Shown here in pieces: positions 12,992 through 24,663 of a stretch of 64,000 bases of DNA (position 1 is its first letter; every line of letters starts with the position of its first letter). This stretch comes from Podarcis erhardii (Eukaryota). The notes under the pieces are model-generated. The model did no database searches. It had not been told where the DNA came from and saw nothing but the letters and a program-made list of their open reading frames with translations. The stretch lies in assembly GCA_964252035.1 (NCBI GenBank), contig OZ176202.1; one strand, given 5' to 3'. The translations under genes were made by a program, and so were the position numbers.

Positions 12992-14987
12992 CACTGGAGT
13001 CTAGTTGTTTCAGTCTCGAAAAAATAAGTAGTTAACCTGCATCCTGAAAACTGTTTTAGCTGTCCTATTGTATAGTGCTAGAGTTACTGCTAGGATCACT
13101 TCCTTCCAATTAAAAGAAATATAAATTCCATAGAGGAAGCTAAATCAACTGTGTAAAAGTTCACCAGGAGTTAGTGCTGGTCTCCATTTCAATGCCAGTG
13201 AGCAATTTTGGAACAAGGGAAGTCATAGTAAGAATGTATTGTTGACCTGGAACAAGGGTGGAATTTGGTCTTTCAAATTTCAGCAGCGACCTGTGTGAGG
13301 CCAAAATTCAGCACATGCCCCTCCTGCCTTTCCTTCTTTTCTGCTCAATCCACTATGTCATAGTTGCAGTGCCCTGCAGCACCCCCTAGATTTGGCACCC
13401 AGTGCAACCCAAAGTTTCCTGTGAAGAGGGTGTGAGCCCCAGGCATCTCCCATTTTAGAATTTCAGCAATACTTTCAGACATGGGCATAGCCAGGATTTT
13501 TGTTAGGGGGAGCATAATCGATGTGATTGGTCAGTTAGCAGCTTCCCCTCTGCGCCCACCCCCCCTATGCTCATGCTTCCAGAAATATACTGCAGTTGAA
13601 ACAAAGTTGCTACAAAGCAGTCCAGGTTGTGGATAGACCTGAAATGTTTTTCCCCTCAGGCTGCAATCCTTATAGCTCTGGTTTTGTGCATGTTAAGTTT
13701 CATGGATCTCAACAGGACTTGCTCCGAAGTGCGTTTGAGCTGCAACTCTTCTTGTACAAACCACATAGCAAGAGACTGAAACAACTAGACTCCAGTGCAT
13801 AGTAAGCAGCTGTTTAAGGTCACCGCTGTCAACTTTACGTGTAAATTTACATTGCTTCAATTCAACAAAAACTTTGCAAAGTCTCGTGGGACCTTTTTAC
13901 CTCTTGACACAAGCACACAAAACCACCTTCTCAGAAGAGGACCACAATGAATCTGTTATGGTGCCACAAAACATATTTCAGGGATAACCCCAACAAATGC
14001 CTTCCTGCAGACCCAGACGACGACCCGCTGCTGCTTTCACCGTTCCCGACCCCTGGCTCTGCTGCCGGGGAGCGGCGACTGACGGCAGCCGTCACCCCTA
14101 ACATCTTTATGTGCGACTCAGGGATTTGCCCCCGCGGAAGGCAGTTCATGAAATGGAAACTTCTCAACCTGCAGGGAGTTTATGCCGCAGCAATACACCA
14201 CACCTGTTAAACTTGTGAGGGACTGCAACATTATTTATTTCTGAGCAGGTGGGGCGTGTGCGCGCTCATGCTCTACTACTGCAAAGCTGAGGTGGTTTCT
14301 CTTCTCAAAGGGACTCAATACAGTCAGGAGCACCCGCCTCTCAAGGCAGCCGCTTATCGGAAGAATTCCGGCTCTCGCCTTTCAAAGGCAAACAGCGCAA
14401 GGGAGGCTCGCAGCGAGGACACCAATCAGGCCCGGCGCTTGCCTCGCTCCGCCCTTCTGCTTGGCACCACCTCCCCGCCCGCGGCCGCCGCTTGCTTGCT
14501 CGAAGGCCGGATTTCTACCAAACCGGTTCTCGCCGGCTCCCTCCGCCTTTAGCCTCTTCCTTTTCCCCGCCCTTTTCTCCTCCCTTCTCCTCTTCTAAAT
14601 CCCCGCCCACCGCCACACGCCTGACCGTGGCCGCGCGCGCGCCCTTCCGACGCCTCCGATTGGCCGGGCGCCGCCGCTCGCGGGAGGCGTTTGTGACGCG
14701 GCAAAGCTTCCGAGCTCCCCCCCCCCCGCCTGCTTTTCGTAAAGGCAACGGGTTAGGGGGTTGGAGAGGAACGGGGCGGGGCGTCGCATGACACGCGCGC
14801 GCCGGAGAGCGGGGCGGCGCTTAAAGACAGCTCCGCCCACTCCAGCCTCTCCGCTTTTCTGCTTGCCTTGCGCAGAAGAGCGCGCGAGCAGAGGCCCCGC
14901 CGCAGCTCCTCCCCCGAGCCCCTCCCACGCCCTGCCGCTTTTCCTTTCTGCCGTCAGAGCCGCGTTAGCAACACCGCCGCCACCAGA

Positions 14988-15040
14988 AGCAGCAGCAGCA
15001 GCAGCAGCAGCAAGAGGAGCTCCTCCTCCTCCTCCTCCTC
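14988..15040 (+). repeat. (AGC)8 followed by a (TCC)n tract in the PTP4A1 leader
   Basis: Seen directly in sequence. Confidence 0.95.
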
Positions 15041-15245
15041 GTGTCCGCGCGCGCGCCCCCCTCTTCGGTCTCTCCCCTCCCCCTTCTCTCTCTCTCTCTT
15101 TCTCTCCCCCTCCGGCTCCTCCTCTGCCCTGCATGGTCCATCGCCGCCGCCCTGCTCCGGCACCACCACCTCCGCGGCCGCCTCCGCTTCCCTCAGGCTC
15201 AGCTCCTCCTGCCCTCGGCGGTGGCGCCCTCAGCACCCAGGCTGT

Positions 15246-15284
15246 ATGATCAGGCTACAGTCTTCAATGAGTAACCATATTCCT
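15246..15284 (+). CDS. PTP4A1 spliced uORF, part 1 (MIRLQSSMSNHIP)
   Basis: ATG at 15246, 13 codons up to a phase-0 GT donor. Confidence 0.75.
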
Positions 15285-18200
15285 GTGAGTAACGGGCGAC
15301 CCTCTCGCCGCCTCTCAGCACCGTTTTCCCCCTCTCTGCCCTCCCCCTTCTCTCTTTCTCTCCCTCCATGTTCGTTTCTTTGTTCCTTGGGCCGCGACGG
15401 CGTTTCCCTCAGGCGGGCGGGCATGTCGTGGAAGCCCCCCCCCCCCTTTCCCAGCTGAGGCGCCGTCCTCTCAGGCGAGGCGGCGGCGGCGGCACACAAA
15501 GCCTCCCTTCTCTTCTCGAAAAGGGAGGAGGACGCCGCTCCCTCAAGCTGTTCTTCTTCCTCTGGGCTCCTTTCCCCGCGTCGCTGTGGAAGCGGCGGCA
15601 GATGGCCGCGTCCTGACTGGACTGGGCCATGGAGGGGAGGCATAGAGTGAGAGAAGGGGGCTTCGACGCCCTTTCCGAAGGAGGCGTCGCCACTGTCTGG
15701 AAGTGGCGGGATGGGGTGGGGGAGAAGTAGGAGCCGCGCGGAGGGAGGGAGCGAAGCAGCAGCAGCAGCAACAAGCATCTCCTCGATGTTTGCGGTCGGC
15801 ACGGAGGGGGGAGGGCGTCGGTGAGCCTGCAAGCCCCACCGCCATGCTGCATGGGGGGTGGGGGTTTCCATGGCCCGGCCGCGCGCGCCACGTGCCCCCC
15901 GCTTCCTTTCCATCCGTGCCCGGCCCATCGGGGGTTGTCTCTGCGGCGTGTCTCTCGACCTTTAAACCCAGTCGCGACGACGTGTCGTTTGCCCGATGGC
16001 CCCCCCCTTTTTCTTTTACGCCGGGCGGCGCCGCGCTGCTTTCTGGGGGGCCACCGGTCCGCGTGTACCCCTGAAAGCCCCCGCCAGTGGGGAGGCGAAG
16101 GATGCAAGGATTGCCGGTGGCGGGTGGGGGAGAAACACGAACACACACACGTACGTTAGTGAAATCGTGCGTGTTTAAAATAGGGGAACAAGTGTATTCA
16201 ATCACAAACGCCAGCCTCAACAATTCGGATTACGCCTCCGCTTGTCTTAAAGCGGGTTCAGAAGGGACGCCGCGTGCAGAAAGATTTGGGACAGTTCTTA
16301 AGGAGTAGTCATTAGCCGCCTCTTCCCATACTCTGGGTGACTGCAGCTCCGTTAGAAAAGGCCAGTCCGCCCTTGGTGCCTACCTCTGCCCAAGAGATGC
16401 ATCCGATCCTAGACAGCGCGAATGAAGCACGCCAGATTCCCCCCACCGCACACACCCGAATTGTATCAATGGGCTTCGCTGTGAGTCGTGACTCTGGGAA
16501 AGGAAGCGGGGGCGTTTCTCTCCACCCCTTGCTGCGTGGCTCGTTGAGGCGAGGAAAGGAAACAAGTCGAGACATGTCCCGGCCGCTACCTGGCCGTGGC
16601 GGGGCTATTGCGCTTCCGAGTGTGACTCACCACTGGGGCGTGCGGGGAGGGGGTGAAGGGAGAGTGGCGAGGACATCCGGCGGGGCTGGGTCAGCGTGGC
16701 TTTCCCGTCTCTCTGCTGTCTGCATGCAGATGACGAGCACGCTGCTTCCCGCTCCCGCTGCAGTCACACGCCGGAAGAAGGTGGGGGAACCGCAAAAAGG
16801 ACGCGATCGGGGCAAAAAGATTTTTTTGCCAGGTTTCCTGCGCAGGCGGTTGCTAGGGTGGGAAGAGAGCGACAGTCTGGAACACGACCTCGTGTCTGCT
16901 TTGCTAGGGAGACCCTGTCACTTGGGCTGAGGAAGCATGCACTTGTGTGTCATGTGAGAAGCATATTAAGTGTCAAGAAAAGTGATGTGGTTTATAGGTT
17001 TTGAGTTAACAAGGCAGTCAATCTTTCGGCTGAGTCACAGGATTATATTTACTGTAATTTGGAACATCCTAGTAAGTTTGTTTATATGAGGCCATGATGG
17101 AGGACTTCAACACCCCCCCCCAATCAAGTTATTTTCTAAACACTTGGGGAATGGTTGGTTTGCATATTTTTCAAAGTAATTTCTAAAGTCAATAACCAAT
17201 AAATTTTGGAATTACTGTAGTTAAGGTGTCTACATTCCTCGATTGTTTTTGAGACTCCATACAAATGTTTTGGCTACTTAAGAAAAATTGTAAAAGCTAT
17301 AATTGGCTAAAGGCAGTGATAATGATCTTTTTTTCATGGAACAGGGTGTACCATAATCAATCCAGATTCATTTTGTAAGCAGAAATTAGAACCTGATCAA
17401 AATCAGTGGGGATTTGTAAAGACACATTGAACAGTTCTTCAATCTAAAATATCCTTTGAGTCTGGAGGAGTTTCTACTGCTGGCTGTCTTTTGCTATAGC
17501 CTGAATTTTTAACTGGAGGAGGCAGTTATTCATGTATCATGAAATGGCTACCATGCCTGCTCACTGATTCAGGCACCTGCCCCATCCCAATTCCAGAGCT
17601 TCCACCTCCTCAGACGTTCCTTCTGTTATTCCTCCTTCTTGTCATTTGTCACTTTTCCCATTTCATCTACTTCTTGCACCTTCCCACACACTTCTAATCA
17701 AGCTACTTTTCTGCAGTTCTCAGGGCTAGCATTCTAATCTTGGTTTCTTCCTATGGTTCCAGGCAGTTTCCAATGGCTTTCCAGCCATGTCATGCTCTAC
17801 AGCTCACTTGCTTGTCCTGATGCTTTGAGTGTGGTTGCTAGTGTAGGATGTGGGGAGGAAACAGGAAGAACCTAAAGTGGCTGAGTTCAATAAATGCATA
17901 TGCAATTTTGTTTGAAAGACTTTAGGACTCTTCGCAACATGGCAGAAGCTTTTTTACCTTCAAAAATTTGTACGAAGCCCAAAGTTGTTGTCATTTCTCT
18001 AAATAAAATAGCAACTTTAGTTACAGTAGGACTTGGAGCAGACTTGTTTGTAACAGATTCCCTGTTGCAATAATACTTGGAACATGTAGTTCAGGTAGGC
18101 AAATACCATGCAGGGTAGGCACATATGAAATTACTAATTGAGCCACAATGTTTCAGTGACAACTGTTTGTAGTGGTCAGTTTGCTTGTCAGAGACAACAA

Positions 18201-21200
18201 CTATTAATTTACAACTGTGGGCTGAAACTATGTAATAAACAGTTCTGATAGTGCAATAACTTTTTGATACACAGTGGAGCTTACCTGCGCGACCCTCAGT
18301 TCTGACAGTTCCCCAGTCATCCAGATCAGATTAATTTGTCTTGAAAAGAGAGCATCTTGTGCAAAGAGGAATGAACTGGTACTAAGTTTAAAACGTGTTG
18401 ACTATAATAAGTGAATTCTCAGATTACAGGATAAATAGATAAATTTTGCTGTGGTCAAATTTCTATTTTAGCTTCATAGCTTTCAATTTCGTCTCTCCTT
18501 TTCTTTGTCTTCTATTGCTACAGTGGTCTTTTAAAAGTTGTTCTGTTAGGTTTATGTGCTGTCCTTTTATCTTAACTATACATTTAAGAAGTTCTTATAT
18601 TTAAAAGTACTGGGTTGTCTCCAGGGCTGTCTTTCCATGAACAGAAGGTTCTGGTGATTTAAACGATTTAACCCTTGCTCTTGTGCAGCACTCCTCACCA
18701 CCTAAAGCCACACACACACACCACCTCTGGAGTAGATTGGGACAGGAACTCCAGAGGAAAGGGGAGGATCATCAGCAAGAAGCACCACTTTCACCATTGC
18801 ATTTAAGGGGCAGGAATTTATGCTGAATCAAAGCTACCAGTGAACAGAAGGACTGTATTGGCTGCAATTAGGTTCCTTCTGTGGAGGTTCTCATACTGTT
18901 CCAGAGGATCCACCTACTCTCGAGCATATTTGGGGAGTAGGCAAAAAATGCATTGCTCCCACACTTCAGTGTGCAGAACTCTGCCCTGGGCGTCTCTGGA
19001 TCTCACCATTATCGTTAATTGTTATGTTCAATATTATATGAACTGGCTGTTTTATATTGCTTACAGTGTGCAATCATAACATTGCCCAGAGAGCCATTGT
19101 AATGAGGTGGCAACACATGCAATAAATAAAATCTTAAACAAGAGGCATACACATAGAAGACAGGCATGGATGCCATTTTAAAAACATCAATTTGGGACCA
19201 TTCCTTCCTATATCTGAGAATGGGGGAATGCTTCCTGCAGTTTTTCTGAACACTACTTTAAACAAATCCGTCTGATTAGGAATCTCATTTCTTGTTCATT
19301 AAATCTTTAATCAAACTGGTGATCCTAAACATTGCAGGCCAGTGAGCATTTCAGGATGGGAGAGAATGTCAGTTCTAAGATCATTTCTCAACAGACAAAT
19401 GCAACAACTTTTGGTGTTTCACAATTGCTGTGATTCCAAGGAGTGTATATGTCTTATCTGAGTCAGTTTGTTCCTTGGAAAAAATATGTAAGTAGCAAGA
19501 TGTTCAAATTAAAACACAGAAGCAGACTGTACTAGTTCTAGATCCACACCCCATATCAGAACATAAAGTTTTCAAGCACACAGTACGTCAAAGTGTATAA
19601 ATTTTGCTCTGTGAGTTGAGAATTGCCTGTAGATGGCATTACTAGAGAAGACAAAATTTGATATCTTGGATTAACTGATCAATACGAGTATCTTATTCGG
19701 AAAGATTCCTTCTTTCTGTGTGTCTCTGTATAGTCCAAAGCCAAGAAAGTGATTTGGACGGTGTTAGATGATGGGCAGATTATTTACTCTTCCGCTGTAG
19801 AAATATCTCAGGCTTGACAGTATTTTTTAAAATGTAGTGTCTTTTGTTTCTACGTACAATGCACAGTGTTTGAGAAGTTTCATGATACATGGAAACTTAC
19901 CATTCTTGAGTTTCATCAAAATAAAGTTGGCATACTGATGAGGATTCAATGCTGCTCTTGGGTTTGTTACTATAACCATGACAACTCAGCTGCCTTGGTC
20001 TGAAAAAGAGTTATCTTTAAGTGCATCTGTGGGTGCAGTTGCTTGGGGGCAGCTAAATATTTATTTGGTGTTGGCTCATATTAAATTCTTTATCTGCACT
20101 CCCTTCACCCTGCCTCCTTTCAGATAAGCCCTACCTTGTGGCTCAGAATTTACATGGTAGTATTATAGGATAGTTATTGTTCAGGCAAAAATAAGTAAAT
20201 GGAGGCATTGGTGTCTTATTACAACTGTTTTATTAAATGGGTGTGTGGGGGAAATAATCACACTTCATGAATAAAATATAGTTTGAAAATGAAGCAGTCT
20301 AAAGCATCCTTCCCCAATACAGTGCCCTCCAGATGTTGCTGGAGTATAACTTGCATTGGCTTCTACCAGCATGATCAGGGATGTTACCAACAAGCAATGG
20401 GTATGTAGCCAAACATTGGCTGAATAAGCCCCTCCCCTAAACTTGCCAGAACTCTGTTCTTACACTTCAGTTGCGGCATTCGGCAGGACTCCTTGTATTT
20501 AAACTGAGTTTGCACCCATTCACAGATAGTGCATACTGTATATGCAACAACGTGTATACTTGAACCACCCTCACAAGCAATCTTACCTTCCACAGCTAAT
20601 ATGCCATACGGGTATACCCCCATTCCCCCCACAAAGCAAGGCGGAGAATTTTAATGTTCTCTGCCTTGCTTACAGGAGTCTGGGAGGTTTTTTGCGAGTT
20701 CTTGTGTTTAATTTTTGTGATTTCAACCGAATGGCCTTCAACCATGTAAAGTTGAAATTGTGTATGTTGTGAGTGACCTGTATAGCTTATAATTCTTTAG
20801 ATGCATGTGTTAATGGAACTTGCTTAATTTAATCAAGCTTTAAAACTTCTGTAAAAATTTACATGAAGCAATCAGATTACCGTTTTTTCCCATGTATAAT
20901 GTTAATTTCAGGGGGGGGCGCTAATAATTAATTTTAATTTTTTATTTTAAATCTTTGTTATATTCATATTGTCCCTTGTATTCTGATTTTTCTTACGATA
21001 TTGTGTGTGTTGATGCTGGTCTGTGACCGTATTAATAAATTCATTCATTCACTCATTCATTCATTCATGTATAACACACACACACCCCATGTATAAGATG
21101 TCCCCTAATTTTGGGGACTCAAAATTAAGAAAATGGGGCGGGGGAGATTTCCCCCATGTATAGACTACCCCCTTTTTAACATTATTTTAAAGCAAAAAAC

Positions 21201-22688
21201 CCTAGTCTTATACACGGGAAAGTACAGTATGTCTTGGAGCATGCCTCATTTCTCTCCACAGTAGTATGCTGCTAACTTGCAATCCCTGGTTAACCATCCC
21301 AATGTGTGTTTCTGCTGTGGGAAAACTTGTTTACTTGGAGTTCTTTGATTTCAACCTCTGTGCTATAATTGTAGTTGTTGCAGGAAAGCTTTACCATACT
21401 TTTCCTTGTATAAGACTAGGTTTCCCCCTCTAAAATAATGTTTAAAAAGGGGGTTGTCTTATACACTGGGGCCACCTTCCCCTATTTTCGTAAATTTGAG
21501 TCCCCAAAAATAGGGGCTGTGTTATACACTGAAAAATTCAGTAATTCTCCCAGTAATGAATATTGCTTTAGTAAAACTGCTTTCCTCATCTTGAACGAGG
21601 AGGCGACTTGGAACTTGCCATTTACTGGCTTAACTGCCAGTGGCCATGAAACCCCTTGAATGGTAACAGTTGTATCATGAACAGTGTTATAATCACACTG
21701 AAATTCCTGTAGGTGGCTTGCTTCTAAGCATGAAAACCAGTGATTTTGATAAGCCCTTTAAGGCCCATAGGCAGGACCCCAAAGAGAGGGTTCTCATTAG
21801 TAGATGCACCATCTAGTGTTTTTCTTGCCATTAAATATGTATTATTGAAGTGTCCTCCTTCAGCCTCCAAACTCTTGATACAAGCTGCTGATTCCCAACC
21901 TAAGTAAATTGAGTTCATTGGCATTTTTCCTTTATTAAGCACTTCATCATTTTAATAACTGTCTTCTGAATTAAGTTTGAGTGAGGTTTAATGCTGGTTT
22001 TATTTAGAAAAGTAGGTTGCATATCACATTCCAGTTTGGATTTTGTTTTGTTTTTAATCCTTATTAATGCCACTCTTACAAATAATATTTCATGGAATGG
22101 TCATCCATCCTGTTTCACTCACCTCCTCCCTTCTCTGAAAACTCAGCAAATGCTATACAGCAGCTGCCTTTTCCTATGCAAAGGAACTATAACCTGTTAA
22201 GGATTGTTCCTGTCTTAAATAGCCAGTGTAATGCTCACCTGGGGCTACAGTGACCAGAGTTCAGGGGTTGTGGGTTACCATAGGGCTAAATGGATGACTA
22301 TACACCTTATTTACAGGATTGTTAATAAATCATAAAACACCACAAATGTTGCCTCCAAGTCATTTAGAATTTGTGTAATGTATACATGTTGTAATAAACA
22401 GGGTTTCATTTGGGAGGCCATGTGACAGGCATCTTTAGATCTCTACACTCTTTAAGCTTGGAAGGAAAACTTCCTGCACCTTCTGCAGAATGGAAAGTGA
22501 TCCAGAACAAAGGTCTGTTCTTGATACTAATCACTTGAGTTTGCCACCTCTTGGGAGACAGAGAGAGAGCTGTCAGTCTTCCTGAATGCTGTTTTTAAAT
22601 TAACCTGAGGAATTGCAAGGATTATCAAAATATCTTCAATACAGTAAAGTAGGTTTTCTTATTTTAGAAGAAACAAGTTTGTCTAAAT

Positions 22689-22824
22689 CAGACATAGGCA
22701 AACCCCAGCCCTCCAGATGTTTGGGACTACAATTCCCATCATCTCTGACCATTGGTCCTGTTAGCTAGGGGTGGTGGTAATTGTAGTCTCAAACATCTGG
22801 AGGGCTGTAGTTTGCCTATGCCTG
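22689..22824. mobile_element. hAT-type palindromic MITE in PTP4A1 intron 1
   Basis: TIR CAGACATAGGCAAAC / GTTTGCCTATGCCTG; perfect TSD GTCTAAAT at 22681-22688 and 22825-22832. Confidence 0.9.
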
Positions 22825-22955
22825 GTCTAAATTAAGGACATTCTCAATATTGGTGGTTCATTCCTTTATGTTACCTTTACCCAAGAATAAGCTATTTGTA
22901 AAGATACCTGCTCAGTCACTGACAAATGTGCTCTTCTTTTTCTCTCTCTTTGCAG

Positions 22956-23051
22956 CAGTTCTGTGGTGTTCTTGGTCACACATTTATGGAGTTTCTGAAG
23001 GGCAGTGGGGACTACTGCCAGGCACAGCACGGCCTCTATGCAGACAAGTGA
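22956..23051 (+). CDS. PTP4A1 spliced uORF, part 2 (QFCGVLGHTFMEFLKGSGDYCQAQHGLYADK*)
   Basis: Acceptor TTTGCAG|CAG at 22955/22956, open for 31 codons to TGA at 23049-23051, in frame with part 1. Confidence 0.75.
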   Translation, partial: QFCGVLGHTFMEFLKGSGDYCQAQHGLYADK

Positions 23052-23405
23052 ACTATAGAAATTGATTACTACTCCACCAAGAAGCCCCCTTAAGAGTGGT
23101 TACCAGAATAAGACGTGTTGAGTTGAAATTGGCAGAGCATTTTACAAAGGAGTTCAGACCTGGATGGGGTAGCCTTGCTGCACTGCCTTTCTCTTTGCCT
23201 CAGTATTACAGGATTGAAGAATTGCTGCTTCTTGTTTAGGAGGTTCATTTCATTTCCCATTGCTCCCAACTTCATGCTTGTCAGCACGGGAAACTTCAAG
23301 TGGCTTTTAGTGGAGTAGACTTCGGTTTCTCCCAATCAATTCTGCTAGGTTTTTTGTTTTTTAAAAAATATTATTGGTCTTGTTGGACATTTTAACTAAA
23401 TTAAC

Positions 23406-23510
23406 ATGGCCCGAATGAACCGCCCAGCTCCTGTGGAAATCACTTACAAGAATATGAGATTCCTTATCACTCACAATCCAACCAATGCAACCTTAAACAA
23501 GTTCATAGAG
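23406..23510 (+). CDS. PTP4A1: PRL-1 protein tyrosine phosphatase, coding exon 1 ([14 protein letters not shown]...NKFIE)
   Basis: Recognisable PRL-1 N-terminus; strong Kozak AACATGG; donor GAG|GTAAGG. Confidence 0.98.
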
Positions 23511-24190
23511 GTAAGGGTTCTTGAGTGGGAGGCTTATATTTATTTTTGTAATGTTGAAAAGTTTGATATAGCAGTATTACTGAAATTTGCCTTAGACAGT
23601 ATTACTGAAATTTGCCTTGACTACCAACATGATGGTCTGTTAAGAGTTAATTTAACCTTATTTATTTTACACCACCATTCAGTCATTCGCAATACAGATT
23701 TCTTTATTGCATAGTAGTTGCATGTTCAAGAATTCCTCAAAACTGCATTTAGGTTAAGTGTTAAACTAATGTTACAGGGCAGAAGAGGGCAACCAGAATG
23801 ATCAAGTGGATAGAGCTCTACTTTCAGAGGTAATATGTGAATACCACTTGCTGGAAACTTCAAGAGAAGAGAGTGCTCTTGAGCTCAGGTCCTGCTTATG
23901 GGCATCTGGTCGGCCACTGTGAGAACATGATGTTAGACTAGATGGACCTGTGGCCTCATCCAGCAGGTGGTTCTTCTGTTCTTAAAGATAGTCCTGCCCA
24001 CTTGAATTCCTCTGCTATACTTCAGGTCTTTTTAGATATTTGTTAAGTAGTGCTGCTTGAAGAGGTGAAATGCAATAATTATAGGTCTTCTGAACAGCCT
24101 CTGTATTTGAAATTGTTCACAAAATTGCAATAGTCTGAGCATGAACATCAACACGGTATCATTAAGATATGTATCACTCTCTCCCCTTAG

Positions 24191-24283
24191 GAACTTAAGA
24201 AGTATGGAGTTACTACAGTAGTAAGAGTATGTGAAGCCACTTATGATACTGCTCCAGTAGAGAAAGAAGGCATTCAGGTTTTG
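24191..24283 (+). CDS. PTP4A1: PRL-1 coding exon 2 ([31 protein letters not shown])
   Basis: CCTTAG acceptor, GTGAGT donor, 93 nt; contains the redox Cys49. Confidence 0.98.
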
Positions 24284-24532
24284 GTGAGTAGCTTATTAAA
24301 AAGATAACATTAGCCATAGGATTTTTTAATTTCTATGGTGCAAGTGAGTGAACATGGAGGGGGAAATAATGCAGGTTGTGGTAATCTGGCCTTCAGATTT
24401 CTATGGATGTTTTAAAGCGAGAGAAGAAACGCAAATCAGGCAGTGATTTGTTAACTGTAAGACAAATTAAGAAGTACTATTCTAGGATATGTGGATGTTT
24501 AGGTAAGAAATTATTCACTTCATGCATTCCAG

Positions 24533-24663
24533 GATTGGCCCTTTGATGACGGAGCACCACCATCTATCCAGATTGTTGATGATTGGCTAAACCTCCTAAA
24601 AGTTAAATTCCGTGAAGAGCCTGGTTGTTGCATTGCTGTACACTGTGTTGCTGGTCTTGGAAG
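24533..24663 (+). CDS. PTP4A1: PRL-1 coding exon 3 ([10 protein letters not shown]...HCVAGLG)
   Basis: WPFDD loop and catalytic HCVAGLGR P-loop; CAG acceptor, GTAAAC donor, 131 nt. Confidence 0.98.

Larger units (their letters stand above)
14830..15284 (+). other. PTP4A1: PTP4A1 exon 1 (5'UTR; start approximate)
   Basis: Ends at donor CCT|GTGAGT (15284/15285); 3' end CTGTATGATCAGGCTACAGTCTTCAATGAGTAACCATATTCCT matches my recollection of the mammalian PTP4A1 leader. Confidence 0.8.
14300..16900 (+). promoter_or_regulatory. PTP4A1: CpG island and promoter of PTP4A1
   Basis: Very high GC and CpG content; CCAAT boxes (about 14421 and inverted at about 14659); GC boxes GGGGCGGGG (about 14773); surrounds exon 1. 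Confidence 0.85.

Noticed and set aside
14492-16930. Many overlapping 100-245 aa ORFs on both strands
   Set aside because: Low-complexity Gly/Ala/Pro/Arg translations typical of stop-poor CpG islands; no recognisable domains
23511-23714. ORF-track extension of the PRL-1 N-terminus to 102 aa
   Set aside because: Read-through into intron after the GTAAGG donor at 23511
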